In this document: in pieces, positions 25,675 to 38,218 of the stretch
Layout of the letters: the number at the start of each line of letters is the position of its first letter
How positions within the stretch are numbered: the first letter of the stretch is position 1
Made by a program: the position numbers and the translations under genes
The notes under the pieces: model-generated
Databases searched by the model: none
What the model was told of the DNA's origin: nothing
What the model saw: only the letters and a program-made list of their open reading frames with translations
Source of the DNA: Macrostomum hystrix
Taxonomy: Eukaryota > Animalia > Platyhelminthes
Direction of reading: 5' to 3'
Length of the DNA: 64,000 nt
Assembly (NCBI GenBank): GCA_950097015.1
Contig: CATNEN010000030.1
Coordinates: 3,720,001-3,784,000 of the forward strand

Positions 25675-26140
25675 AGAGATGGGTGGACACAGAGAAGAGA
25701 TGGGAGGACACAGAGAAGAGATTGGAGCACACAGAGAAGAGATGGGTGGACACAGAGAAGAGATGGGTGGACACAGAGAAGGGATGCGGGTAGACGGAAG
25801 AGATGGGAGGACACAGAGAAGAGATGCGGGTAGACGGAAGAGATGGGAGGACACAGAAGAGATGGGAGGACACAGAGAAGAGATGGGAGGACACAGAGAA
25901 GAGATGGGAGGACACAGAAGAGATGGGTGGACACAGAGAAGAGATGCGGGTAGACGGAAGAGATGGGAGGACACAGAAGAGATGGGAGGACACAGAGAAG
26001 AGATGCGGGTAGACGGAAGAGATGGGAGGACACAGAAGAGATGCGGGTAGACGGAAGAGATGGGAGGACACAGAGAAGAGATGCGGGTAGACAGAAGAGA
26101 TGGGAGGACACAGATAAGAGATGCGGGTAGACGGAAGAGA
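25675..26140. repeat. GA-rich composite minisatellite (~19-22 bp subunits)
   Basis: GAGAAGAGATGGGAGGACACA and GATGCGGGTAGACGGAA subunits. Confidence 0.9.
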
Positions 26141-26481
26141 ACGGGTAAGGCATAGACACGACAAGGCTTATGGCACCGAACAGAAAATTCGTCTTAGACT
26201 AAAAGATAGTCTATAGTCTGACTGCAAAGCTTACTCAAATCTGACTTGCAGCAGCGTTGACAAGCAATAATAGAATGACAGGGTGCGGCAGACAATGTGC
26301 CTAACTGAAAGCATCGAGATTAATTAATTGTCAATTGTCAAAATAATTATGCAAACCTTAATTTTTGTTGAAACATAAAAAATGATTCAATCTGATACAC
26401 ACAACGGAGTTTTAAAACATAATAATTCTTCCGAACTTAGCTAAAACAAATCTGGCCTTCAGACACAGCATTGGCTCATTT

Positions 26482-27150
26482 AAGGACCAGATGAGGGTAG
26501 CACTGCTTTATTGAAGGACCAGATGAGGGTAGCACTGCTTTATTGAAGGACCAGATGTGGGTAGCACTGCTTTATTGAAGGACCAGATGAGGGTAGCACT
26601 GGTTTATTAAAGGACCAGATGAGGGTAGCACTGCTTTATTGAAGGACCAGATGAGGGTAGCACTGCTTTATTGAAGGACCAGGTGAGGGTAGCACTGCTT
26701 TATTGAAGGACCAGATGAGGGTAGCACTGCTTTATTGAAGGACCAGATGAGGGTAGCACTGCTTTATTGAAGGACCAGATGAGGATAGCACTGCTTTATT
26801 GAAGGACCAGGTGAGGGTAGCACTGGTTTATTGAAGGACCAGGTGAGGGTAGCACTGCTTTATTGAAGGACCAGGTGAGGATAGCACTGGTTTATTGAAG
26901 GACCAGATGAGGATAGCACTGGTTTATTGAAGGACCAGATGAGGATAGCACTGGTTTATTAAAGGACCAGATGAGGGTAGCACTGCTTTATTGAAGGACC
27001 AGATGAGGGTAGCACTGCTTTATTGAAGGACCAGGTGAGGGTAGCACTGCTTTATTGAAGGACCAGGTGAGGATAGCACTGGTTTATTGAAGGACCAGAT
27101 GAGGATAGCTCTGGTTTATTGAAGGACTAGGTGAGGGTAGCACTGGTTAA
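26482..27150. repeat. 32-bp minisatellite (~21 units)
   Basis: AAGGACCAGATGAGGGTAGCACTGCTTTATTG tandem units. Confidence 0.95.
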
Positions 27151-27740
27151 CTAGTTTCTGCAAGCTCTGAACTCTTCTTGAAAACGAAAGCTTAGATAGC
27201 GAACCTAAATTTTAAAAAATAATTTATTATACTGGTGAAGTGCGGGGAAGACTATTTGCATTTGACCAAAATAAAGTAATTATAAAACCAACTATATTAA
27301 ATAAGAGACCACGAGAGTGTGTACAAATACATTTACCGTACTCAAAAGTCTAACAGCGCTCTAGCAACAGACCAGTTATAATGTAGAACAATATTAAAAA
27401 GTGCAGAGCAGATGCTCAACAAAGAAAATAAAATAACGAAACGATGGTAGGCAGGTCCGATTGAGGACGGAAAGCACAGCATTATCTTTATTATCATTTT
27501 AATTTTAACAATCTGTGTGTGATAGGTGGACTACAATAGTACATAGAAAAGTGAATTACTCATATATAAAATACTAAAAGTACAACTTTTTAGAAAATGA
27601 ACGAACATGATGTATGATCTGCAAAATCTGACAGGTTCAAACCGCCAGCAACTAACATTCTGTTAGGGTGGCCAGTGGCGATTCTTCAGAGAAATGAAAT
27701 CATGGAAGCCAAGCACAGAGCTTTTAAAAGTTCGAAAAAA

Positions 27741-29566
27741 TTAACGATTGATAGGTCCTCCTCGACCGCGATCATAATCCACAATGAGCTGGCGGATTCG
27801 CTGAAGCCGCTTCTCCATGGCCATAAAGTGCTCAGCATCCAGTCGGAACTCCGGCTGGGAATGGCAGTGTTTGTAAAGCTCGATGATTTTCTCGCATGCG
27901 GCCTCGTAAGCTGGCGAACCGCGGACCTGCTTATCCAATTGCTGCTCCAGATCCATGGCTTTGTAGGTGACGGATCGGATGCGATCCCACAGTCGACGAT
28001 ATTCGGGATAATCTCGATCGAATTCGGCTTTGTAGCGAGCCCGATCTTCCAGACTAGAGATCGGCTTGAGCTCGTCCGAGGCCGAAGCGGGGGCGGCTGG
28101 AGCGGCGGCAGCGGGGTCGGAGGCTGGGGCGGAAACGGGGGCAGGGGCGGCAGTGGCGGATGCGGTAACCGGTTGAGATTCGACAACAGGCGCCGGTGGC
28201 GAAGACGGCGACGCCGCCGAGGAAGGCGAGGAGGACAATGAGAGATCGATGGCGGTTGCGCCGGCTGGCTGCGTAGGTGCAGTTTGAGCAGTGGAGGCAG
28301 CGGGAGCCGGTCCAACCGATAAAGCAGTAGCTGGATTAGCAGCCTTAGCAACAGCTGCTGGGGCAGTAGCCGGGGCACTATTAGCTGTGCTGAGTCGCTG
28401 CTGGTAGGTAGCCTTGCGATCTCGCAGTCGCTCCTTGTCCTGCTGGGAGTACAGTGGCCAGTCCAAGTTCACCTGAGGAAGCAAAGCAGGAAAAAATTGA
28501 GGGGAATTATGCACAGCGGTCCATGAAATTTCAGAAATGAAACATTGACAAGCGCAAAAACAAACCTGAGCCAACAAGTTGGGAAGCAGAAAATAGCGCG
28601 CCCTGCCGGGCTCCAGGCGGCCAACTACGTCTAAAACTTTAGTAAGCGCCTGCGATTCAACAGTTACACCGTTCTGACGCAATCTAATCAGCAGCTCGGC
28701 CTGGTTGTAGGGTCGCAGAGCCAATAGGTGGATGACGTGATCGCGGAGATTACGCGACGCAGCCAATGATTGGGATGCATAAGGGGGTGTAGGCCTAGTG
28801 TTGGTACCGCCACCGCTATTGCCTAGTGGAGTCGTGGGCCGCTTGGGTGGAAGTGTACCAGATGAGGCCGATGCTCCGGAGTCCAGCGACCGCTTCATTA
28901 GGCGCTGCTTCGCGCCGTTGTTCGACTTCAGCTCCTTAGTGCGGACGCGCTTCTCGTTTTGATCGGCCTGGATTCAAAGGTCATTCCGTGAGAACTATAA
29001 TTTTCACTTGTGTGAGTAAATAACTAGGGTAAAAATTAACCTAGTCTCTTAGTGTGTGGCTGTTCTCGCTGTCTGGTGCATGGCATGGCACGCTCTCACC
29101 TATCCCTGTTCTGCAGCGCATGACATGATACCGCCCTCTCACTAATCATAGTGGCTTGTTCTGCACTGCTCACCTGAGTAATTTTCTCCTTTGTATTGGA
29201 ATAGACATCGTCCTTAGCCTGCACGGTGAGCTTCTTGTGCAGGGCGCCCAGCCGGCCAACAGTGGGGTGGCCGGTGTGATGCCGCTGCGCCCCAGTCGGC
29301 TGCACCAGGTCCAGCTGGTCCGAGCCCTGCACAGCATCCGACACGGTAAATGCGAAGCTGGCTCCGCCAGGTAGCTGCAGCTCGCTGGCCGGCCCGTCGA
29401 AGCTCAGAAAGCCAGTCTGGCCGCGGCAACGCCTGGCGGCTTCTTCTAGGCCGCGCAGGGCGGCGTCAGTCAGCTTTACAAACAGCAGCTCCTTGCCATG
29501 CGCTTCGGCGCTTTGAACAAAGATTGCCGCCAAATGGCTGTCAAGGCCGGCGTCCATTGTCAGCAT
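27741..29566 (-). CDS. ELL: RNA polymerase II elongation factor ELL, exons 29566-29174, 28967-28566, 28472-27741, ~508 aa
   Basis: N-terminal LLFVKLTDAALRGLE...KKLTVQAKDDVY..TKEKITQ|AD; central LRDHVIHLLALRPY winged-helix segment; C-terminal occludin/ELL domain (ISSLEDRARYKAEFDRDYPEYRRL...KRLQRIRQLIVDYD). All introns are phase 0 GT-AG. Confidence 0.92.
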
Positions 29567-29599
29567 TGGCTGGAAAGATACATTAGGCAGCGATATTTT

Positions 29600-29705
29600 T
29601 TCTTTTTCAGTAGAACTACGAAGAGGAGACCCGTGACAATTTTTTGCTGCACCCAAATGGAGCAAGGCAAGCACACGAAACTCAAGAACAAAAGCCAACA
29701 TAATA
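29600..29705 (-). mobile_element. Repeat family C fragment just upstream of ELL
   Basis: Reverse complement matches 52068-52130 (TTGTTCTTGAGTTTCGTGTGCTTGC..TGCTCC.TT.GGTGCAGCA.AAAATTGTC). Confidence 0.7.
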
Positions 29706-31471
29706 TCAAAACTATATGATGGTGCACTAAATTGATTGACTTGACTATTTAAGTTTATATTTGTTTGCAAATGAAAAGATATTAAATGCATTAAACTGGA
29801 GTATGTGATATGGTTTTGGCCAAAATGGTTATGGCTGAAATTAATTATAGGCCTATACTAAAACAACCACAATTCTTTTTTGGTTTCCCACTCTAGGCCT
29901 ACTCTAAATAATTATTTTTAAAGCTTATTCTCCTTGCCTTTATCACTAGTCTTACTGCAGCCTATTGGATCTGCACTCCTCTGTATCATTCCTGCAGTAG
30001 TATAGCCAGCTTTATAACAATAGCATCACCCAAAGCAACTTAGACACCTGGCACATAAAAATTATTCTAAACTCTTAGTCCTTGCCAATATAGCTGATAA
30101 TGACATCATGTAGCTATTACCTTCATTAGGCCTAGTCTAATTTATTCTTAGGTCTTGTAAGATCTTATAATCTTACAGGCTGTAAGTTACAGTATACAGT
30201 AAGTTATAGCCATGCCAACAGCCACAACAGTATTGTCCTGTGTGACTTGGATGTCTGTCAACCTTTTCATAATAGTTGGTTAGATGCCTGATGCATGCAC
30301 AAAACAAAACAATGCACTTAATAGCAAATTCCAAAACCCACAGTTGTTTAGAATTTACATTTGCTTAAAATGTTCTCGCTGGAGATTATGGATTACTCTT
30401 CAACCACCATTTACAACACTCTCAGAAAACTGATTTAGCAAAATTTTCTATTTGATTTTGGAAACATATTGCCTTTTGATGAATAATCCTGTTTAACTCA
30501 ATAAGCTCTAAAAAACTTTAGAGCTCAAAGTATCAAATTTAGAACCATAACTTCCTATCTTAAACTCTGCCATAAGTAGGTTTTAATTAGCCTTCAAGGC
30601 ATTTAAAGAAATAGTATACATCAAATGCAAAAATAAAAAATATAAAAAAGTTAGGTGTGATTCATTTATTTACTTTAAACAATTTGCAATAGCCCACTAG
30701 TTGCCAGACTTTGAGCAAATAAGTGTAAAAGTCATTTGGAAACCATTTGCACCTTTCGAAAACCCTTTTGGGAACGGAATATCGCAATCAACGATGATAA
30801 AATAAAGAGTGTTCTTGTTAGTCTCACAGAATTTGATTTTAATTTTTTTTACTGAAGTAAGTTAGCTCTTTAAGTAGAAATGAGACACAGTACTTTAGTT
30901 AGTTTCCTCTTGTTTGTTTAGATGCTAAGATATAACTGTGCGTAATTTAAATTAAGATTTTCGTTATTTATGCTATTATAAATATAGAAACCTAGTTCGA
31001 TGTAACTTTCTTTTTTAATCATAATTATTTGCAGGTTGATCTTACGCTTTGAAACAAAAAGCTTTGTTAAGTTCGTATGTTTCTCTTCATAGTTTTTATA
31101 ATTTTTGTAGTTCATTTTTCGTCCAGTTTTGGTTAGGCCTAGGGTTTTTAGCAAAACGCCCATTAGCTAATGCTTAAGACATGTTATTTTAGCTAGCCTA
31201 ATAACAATGTCAAATTTTATGTGCATATTTGTCTGCATTTTATAATTTACTGGTTCTCAATTCTTCAACTTCCATCTATTTTGTCAAATATGTTTAGGAG
31301 TTATGACTACAGTCTACTGTCAATGTTGCAGTTTATTTGCCATAATTGTTTGTAACATTCAAATTAACAGGCTTCAATGTGGTCAAAGAGAACACTAATG
31401 GCAGGCATTGCATTCTAGGCAGTTATTGCCTTAGTTTTGTTTTATGGCTCTTTTCTAATAATTTAAATTTA

Positions 31472-31917
31472 GGTCGTTGTTATTTGTCCGGTTAACCGGA
31501 CAAATAGCCGTTTGATTATTCGTCCGGTTAATCGAGGTTGTAGGGGTTGTAGGCCTAGCGCTACCACGAGAACCTCTATAATTTGTAAGATAAAATAATT
31601 AACAAGCTGCAAAAAGACAGTCATTCAGATTTGAAGTTTGTGTCTCAAATTATTTTCGCTTATCAGCTAATTAAAAAAATTAAAACCTTTTCCAGAAATT
31701 CGGTTGTTTCAGGGACTAACTTAGTTCAAGGGTATAGTTTGGTCTTTGTGAGGTCAAGACTCAAGATGGCTATTAGCAGGGCAAGAGTGGTCTTTGGGAG
31801 GATCGTTGCTCCTGCTCATTGAAAGAGGAGAAATTAAGTCCTTGGGTGGTTAACCAGTTAACCGGACGAATAACCACATGGCTATTTGTCCGGTTAACCG
31901 GACAAATAACAACTACC
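31472..31917. mobile_element. Non-autonomous DNA transposon (MITE), Mutator/MULE-like, 446 bp
   Basis: ~65-bp terminal inverted repeats starting GGT(C/A)GTTGTTATTTGTCCGGTTAACCGGACAAATAGCC, flanked by an exact 9-bp direct repeat TTAAATTTA (31463-31471 and 31918-31926). A 9-bp TSD with long G-initiated TIRs is typical of MULEs. Confidence 0.8.
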
Positions 31918-32886
31918 TTAAATTTATATATTTTTGCAACTATTGTTACACGATGATGTCTCTTATAAATATGAATTCACTTAACTATAGCTTATGTCGT
32001 AGGGCCCTTTTATCTTCTTGCTTTTCCTCTATTAATCTCTAATTACTTAAGGTTTAGTTTGTAAATTTTTGGTAGGATTATCTTAACTATGGGTTTATTT
32101 ATTCATAAATGACTTCTAAGTATCAGCTTTTGAAAGGAAAGACCTCTTGTTGTCTGTTATATCTATAAGTAGCAATTTACGTGTGTCCGAGCGGCAAGAC
32201 ACTTAATTAATACTGATCATAATGCACAAACTTTATTGATAAATTTGCTACAATACGTACTGATTTGAGTTTTCCAGTCTTAATTAGGTTACCAATGGAC
32301 TAGAGTTGCCCAGTCAATTACACAATTTGAATAACTCCTTTTTAGTTCTATTACAGCTTGGCTTTGTCTCAATAGGGAGGTATGAAATGAGTAAGACACT
32401 TTTAACGATAATATGTAAAACACTGTTTAACTCGCGAGTGAGCACGGAACTCCGGTTGTCTTTCTCCTAAAATTCCCTCTATATTTATAGGATCACATTG
32501 GGGTGGCGTACCCCACTAAAACACGGAACAATTTAAACAAAAGTTATACGGTAACATTATTTCACGCCAATTTGACTTTAAAATGTTTTGATAATTATTA
32601 CGCTGCCTCACTTATAAAATCAGTGTCTGAGTGGTAAGACACTTATTCCCAGTACTGGATAAAACGTGGATACAGATGCAGATCTGGGCTGGACAAGTTG
32701 GATAAAACATGGAATATGGAAATAGTGGCAATGTTCTACTTCTGTTTGTTATATTATTTTTTGGTTTGTATTCATGCCACACGTGTATTCTGATTTTGAA
32801 AATGTTGTGCTGACGTGGCTTTGCCGTGACTTGACACTTGGATCTATGTCTATGGTAAAATCTGGAGATACCAAAGCTGAAGATTT

Positions 32887-33032
32887 CGCGAAGGCCAAGC
32901 TGCGTCAAATGCATGGCACAAGTGCTGCTCTATTCAAAAGCCACCTCGAAGAATTCTTAATGGCGCCATCTATACCCCAAGAATAGCTTCGGTGCCCTCC
33001 TGTACTGGATTAGGCACTATTACCCGGTTTGA
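32887..33032 (+). pseudogene. Merlin/IS1595 (ISXO2-like) transposase C-terminal remnant with a 1-nt frameshift
   Basis: AKAKLRQMHGTSAALFKSHLEEFL, then after removing one A at ~32960, WRHLYPKNSFGALLYWIRHYYPV-stop. This resembles the GTS...Y/HL.EF.WR C-terminus of Merlin transposases. Possible ends GGTAACA (32551) and TGTTACC (33089-33095); no TSD recognised. Confidence 0.65.
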
Positions 33033-34179
33033 AAGAAGAAAGACGGACCAAGACTTTTCAGAACTGTGTGACCAAACTACAGACTTTTTGTTACCATTAA
33101 ACTTGTTTTTTTGTTGTTATCTGTCGTTTGCAAACAAAAAAATAATATAACAAATGGAAGTAGAACATGGCCGAAAAAGTTAGTAAAACACAGATTGTGG
33201 AAACAGATGTGGTTGAGGAATGGAAATAATGGATAAAACGCAGATAACAAATGGCGGAAACGGATAAAAAACGAGTTACATCAGATACAACTTGATTCAA
33301 GTCTTACACTTGAAAGGTCAAAATCAATATTTGATTTTGCAGTTTCAATTATTAAGACATTCAATGAAAAAACTCGAGAATTTGTTCAAACAAAAATTTA
33401 GCAATGCTGTCAAATGCACAAATAAATCTGACAATTTATTAAAGGGCAGTTGATAAAATTATTATTATTTTCAATTTTGTTTTTTGAATTTACAAAAACT
33501 TCATTTGTAAAGTAATTTTTAATAAGTTCATTTGGAGTGTATAAAGACTACCCAAGAAGCACAATAGGGAAAAATTAAATAAAAATAAAAACATAACTTA
33601 TTATTAAAATAATAAGGGAGCAAAAATAAATACCAAAGACAAAACTAGAAAACAACTTTAAAGTTAAATTAACAAGTTTAAAGTGTCTGACTACTAGTTA
33701 GTATCCAATGTAACTTGTTTTTTATCCATTTCAGCCATTTGCTATCTGCATTTCATTCATTATTTCTGTTCAGCATTCATCCATTTTTCTGCAATCCATG
33801 TTTTACTAACTTTTTCTGTATTCTGCGTTTTATCTGGTACCCTTATTCACAGTTATTAATATGAGCGTCATATATAACTTTATTCTTTGCATTGGTGTTT
33901 ATATAGATTAATTCCCATAAACACAATGGTAAATTCATTCCTAATAGGGTAATACAAGGCTACCATACCAATGGATCAAGGGTATCATCAACCCACAATT
34001 TATGGTCATTTTGTTTGCCCCTTTTTATCTGCCAATGTACAATATAGTAATTTCATCTAGCAATGCATGATATAGTAAATTTATCTGCTAACATAGCATT
34101 AGTCTGAATTATATTAATCAAGGTTCATATTGGAATTTAATTCAAGCCATTCTTGGCCTTCTTGTTGGGTATGTGCTGT

Positions 34180-34440
34180 TAATAATAATAAAAATAATTG
34201 CAGGAGGGCTGCATGCAATGGCTCATCATTTAGTGACACTAGACATACAGCCAGCAAGGAGGCAATTCTGCCCATTTTGCTGACTCCTGAGCACACATGC
34301 ACACAGATAATATATGTAGGCATATGCTCACACAGATGTGTATATTTCACTTTGACTTGGAGGTTGGCCCTCAAGGGTGAAAATTGCATGACAAGCCCTC
34401 AAGCCTTCTCTCCGCGGCAGCGCCTCAAATAAATGTTGTG
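34180..34440 (-). mobile_element. SINE family A copy with 3' ATT tail
   Basis: Reverse complement matches the family A body and the 3' end AAATGATG.GCCATTGC..GCAGCCCTCCTG followed by ATT repeats. Confidence 0.8.
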
Positions 34441-34470
34441 GAATTGAACTTAGGTACCATGTTGCGAGAG

Positions 34471-34751
34471 CATACATGCGCAACCTCCCAAATCTTAGCC
34501 GGCCATGTGACTTAGTTTTTGCTCTATTTATGACTTAGTTTGCTCTCATTTGCAACTTAGTTCGTTTCATTGCTCTATTTAGGACTTAGTTTGCTCTCAT
34601 TTGCTCTCTTTTTCTCTCCCCTTTTTCCTTTTCTTCACGCCTTCCTTTTTTGTCCCTTGGTCCCCCCTTTGAGTTTTTTGCGCTTGGTTGATCAGTTTTT
34701 GTGACTTAACTTGCTTGGCCCTCATTTCTGGCCGGGTGTTGCGCATGTATG
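34471..34751. mobile_element. MITE, possibly hAT-like, 281 bp
   Basis: 14-bp perfect TIR CATACATGCGCAAC / GTTGCGCATGTATG plus inner CGGCCA / TGGCCG; subterminal GACTTAGTTTGCTC repeats; imperfect 8-bp flanks TGCGAGAG / TGTGAGAA. Confidence 0.6.
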
Positions 34752-36142
34752 TGTGAGAAGCAAATGCAATAACTGCTCTGCCACCAACTGCTCTGGTATG
34801 TCCTGTTTCTTTAGCACACTACCTTTGTACTGAGCTAATGTCTAATCAATGCATTTTTAGCACTCATCCATTTGTGAGACTGCAATCTATAACAAATGGA
34901 CAGGAATAGCTCCACAGTTGCCTTAGCATTACCAGATACCTCAAGCCTTAGGTTTAAGCCTGAAGTTCCTAGAAATATGAGTAGTTAGGCTCTAGAAACA
35001 TCTTGCTGGGGGGCTCAGTTCCCTTGCTATCATATAAATGCTTTACATTATAAACATTGTTTAGTTTGACTGTTTAACTTTGTTCAACTTGTCACCATTT
35101 GAAGATAAGCAGCAATTGTGCTGATAAAATTTGAGCCTCTCTCAAAGTTTTCTATGTAAAACCATGGCCTGAAATTTTGAAATGACATCAGAAGCTAAAG
35201 ACAGAAAAAAGATTGAAATAAAAGAAATGTTATATATGAGATCCACAACAACCTAGCCACCCACTCCCCACCAAGACACACCTTAGATTTTTTCTTTAAA
35301 AAACCTAAAAAAATTCTAAACAGAACTTATTAAGTTCTTATGAGGGCAGCTTTTAAAGCAATAGCTTGAAATGGCTAGCAGAGCCCAGCTTGAAATTTTC
35401 CAATCAGCTTACACTGGTGCCCCACAAATGCATTCAATGCTGGTTCTTGAATAATTGGCAATTGTGACAGATGTGGGCTGCAGCAAGGCAGCATATTTTA
35501 ATCAAATAACAGTACACTCTTAATTAGACAAAACAATGCCAATAAAATCAGTATTTAAAACAAATGAAAGCAAATACGAGCTAGCTAATTTTTTTTGCAT
35601 GATGCAAAAGTAGCACAAATAGAAGAGGGAATTCAAGGCTGCAAATCTGCTGCAAATATAAACCTATCATACAAAAGCCTTGAAATGTATTCTCAAAAAT
35701 TCCTCCTTGATAGTATTGTCATACACCAAGTATAAAATCCAATTTATATTGGGAATCCAATTCACAAAGGTGTGAATTACCAAATGCACAATAGATCCCT
35801 ATCCCTACATTTTTTAGATTACTTGCATTATTTTTGTTACTAGTATTAGAAAATTGCACAAGTATGGCCAATTTCCTACATTTAATAAGTAGAAAAGAAA
35901 GAAAATTATATTTATAAATAGATATGACTCAAACGGTTGAGAAAATAGTAGAACTACTAAATATTCTGTACTATTGCTTGGGGCATATTTTCCTAGAAGT
36001 ATATAGTTATTTCGCTATTACAGCTGAATGCACTTTGGGTGCACTATGCAATAGGATGTGACAATTTTCATTTTATTTAAAAAATTAACATTTGAATCAG
36101 TCACATTTTTAGTACAGAGGCAAACTTTTTTGCAGCAGGTAG

Positions 36143-37629
36143 ATGTCTGAGTTAGAAAACGATGAGAATGTGGAACCAATAATGCTCAGGGTGACTGAGC
36201 ACTATCAGGCCGCCTACTTGCTCTTGGATGGCTCGATTGCGCTTAGCCAATCTGAGTTGGTCAGCCATGGAATTAGACCATCCAGCCCGCAGCCAGATGA
36301 TTCAGTGCCCTCTGTGTCATTCGACATCTGTGTCCATGTGAGTTAGCTTAGAGAATTGTCTACAGGGCTATCATAAACGGTGAAGTATTACTGCATCAAT
36401 AAAATCCTCCGCTGACAGGTGAAACGTCAGCACTGGCTCGGTGGCTAACCTGCCAGTCGCTGAGCCGCCATCGTCTAGTCAGCGCGAGCAGCTCCGCCTG
36501 GCTGCCTGGTCAGCTCGAGCTCTCCGCTGCGACCGGGAGCTTAGCCGGCTACGCTACGCCGCTAGGCGCCTAATTAAACGCTTGGCGCCGCGGCTCGGCC
36601 TGCGGACGCTGCCGCGCCAGCTAACGCCAACGGAGCTGAGCGTAATGCGATTCGCTGACCGACTGGGCCTGCGGCACGGCGATAGATGCTGCTGCTGCTG
36701 TCAGCGTCGGCGGCTGCGCTGTCAGGAGGCAAAGGTAAAACTGAGCATTCAATTTCAGGTTGTACTTTTAGGCCTGTCGCTGGGCTAACAAATCGATCCT
36801 ATTCCTTCATCCATGGGGCTAGGCTTGCAATCCATTCAATTCCTTCATCCATGGGCTAGACTAGCAATCCATTCAATTCCTTCATCCATGGGGCTAGGCT
36901 TGCAATCCATTCAATTCCTTCATCCATGGGCTAGACTAGCAATCCATTCAATTCCTTCATCCATGGGCTAGACTAGCAATCCATTCTATTCCTTCATCCA
37001 TGGGCTAGACTAGCAATCCATTCTATTCCTTCATCCATGAGGCTAGACTAGCAATCCATTCTATTCCTTCATCCATGAGGCTAGACTAGCAATCCATTCT
37101 ATTCCTTCATCCATGAGGCTAGACTAGCAATCCATTCTATTCCTTCATCCATGAGGCTAGACTAGCAATCCATTCTATTCCTTCATCCATGAGGCTAGAC
37201 TAGCAATCCATTCTATTCCTTCATCCATGAGGCTAGACTAGCAATCCATTCTATTCCTTCATCCATGAGGCTAGACTAGCAATCCATTCTATTCCTTCAT
37301 CCATGAGGCTAGACTAGCAATCCATTCTATTCCTTTATCTATGAGCTAGGCTAGCAATCCCCTAAACCTAGTAACCTCCGAACCCGTCCCAGCAGCAGCG
37401 CCGCGGCCAGCCAGCGGTATGCCTGGGCACAGACCCATCCGACTGTTTGAACCAGGCTCGTCGAGACGCGGCCAGGCTGATGCGCCTACTCGTGCCTAAC
37501 TGGCGGTCCTCCGGCCTACGTCGAAGAGAAAATAGTTGCAGCACGATGGACATTGCTCAAGCTATGCTGCGAGCGGCGGAGTCTGGCACTGCGTCGCAGG
37601 GTGCAGACGGTGCTGTCGAGAGATCCTGA
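36143..37629 (+). other. Unresolved GC-rich exon-like segments (36143-36337, ~36431-36736, ~37393-37629): hypothetical gene or 5' exons of the next gene
   Basis: Coding-like GC islands with donors CAT|GTGAGT and AAG|GTAAAA. The second and third segments join in phase 0 across the 38-bp array; no phase-compatible junction was found between the first and second. Confidence 0.35.
36801..37360. repeat. 37-38 bp minisatellite (~15 units)
   Basis: TTCCTTCATCCATGAGGCTAGACTAGCAATCCATTCTA tandem units. Confidence 0.95.
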
Positions 37630-38218
37630 ATGTCAAAGTGTACAATTAAAGCATTTATTTGCTTTTATGTTGTCTTATCCAACATCTTTCGATTTGTAAT
37701 AATAGTCTTGATGTTTTCGCATTTATTTTTTCCAGTTTACAATATTTGCCTGCTGCTCTACTGTAAGTAGGTTTTGCAGTACTTTGGCAACTTAAACCAA
37801 TATCGCATTTCGGCATCTCTAATTTGGCTCTTATTTAGCTCTTATTTGGATCGCCAGCATTTGAACAATTATTTCAAATTTCTCTTTATTCGCAATTCGT
37901 GATTTTTACCTATGCTAGAACAATAATAGTTTGTATCGCAGTCCTTTGCTTTTGCTCAACACATCCAACAAATCAAAAATACATTATTTAGATGTAGTAC
38001 TTTTACGCACTTTTTATGATTATTTTTTAGTCGACGATAATAGAATTATAAACACCTATAATAATAAACTTTCACATGCTGTTTTGAGTTTTATTCATGA
38101 AATTTAATTTTTTTGAGTCAACCTTTTTTTGAGATTTCCTAATTGTCTAGTTTAAGCTAGTTAAATAACAGAGTATTCATTGATTTTGCTCATAAACACC
38201 GTTTTTTTATTTGTTATT

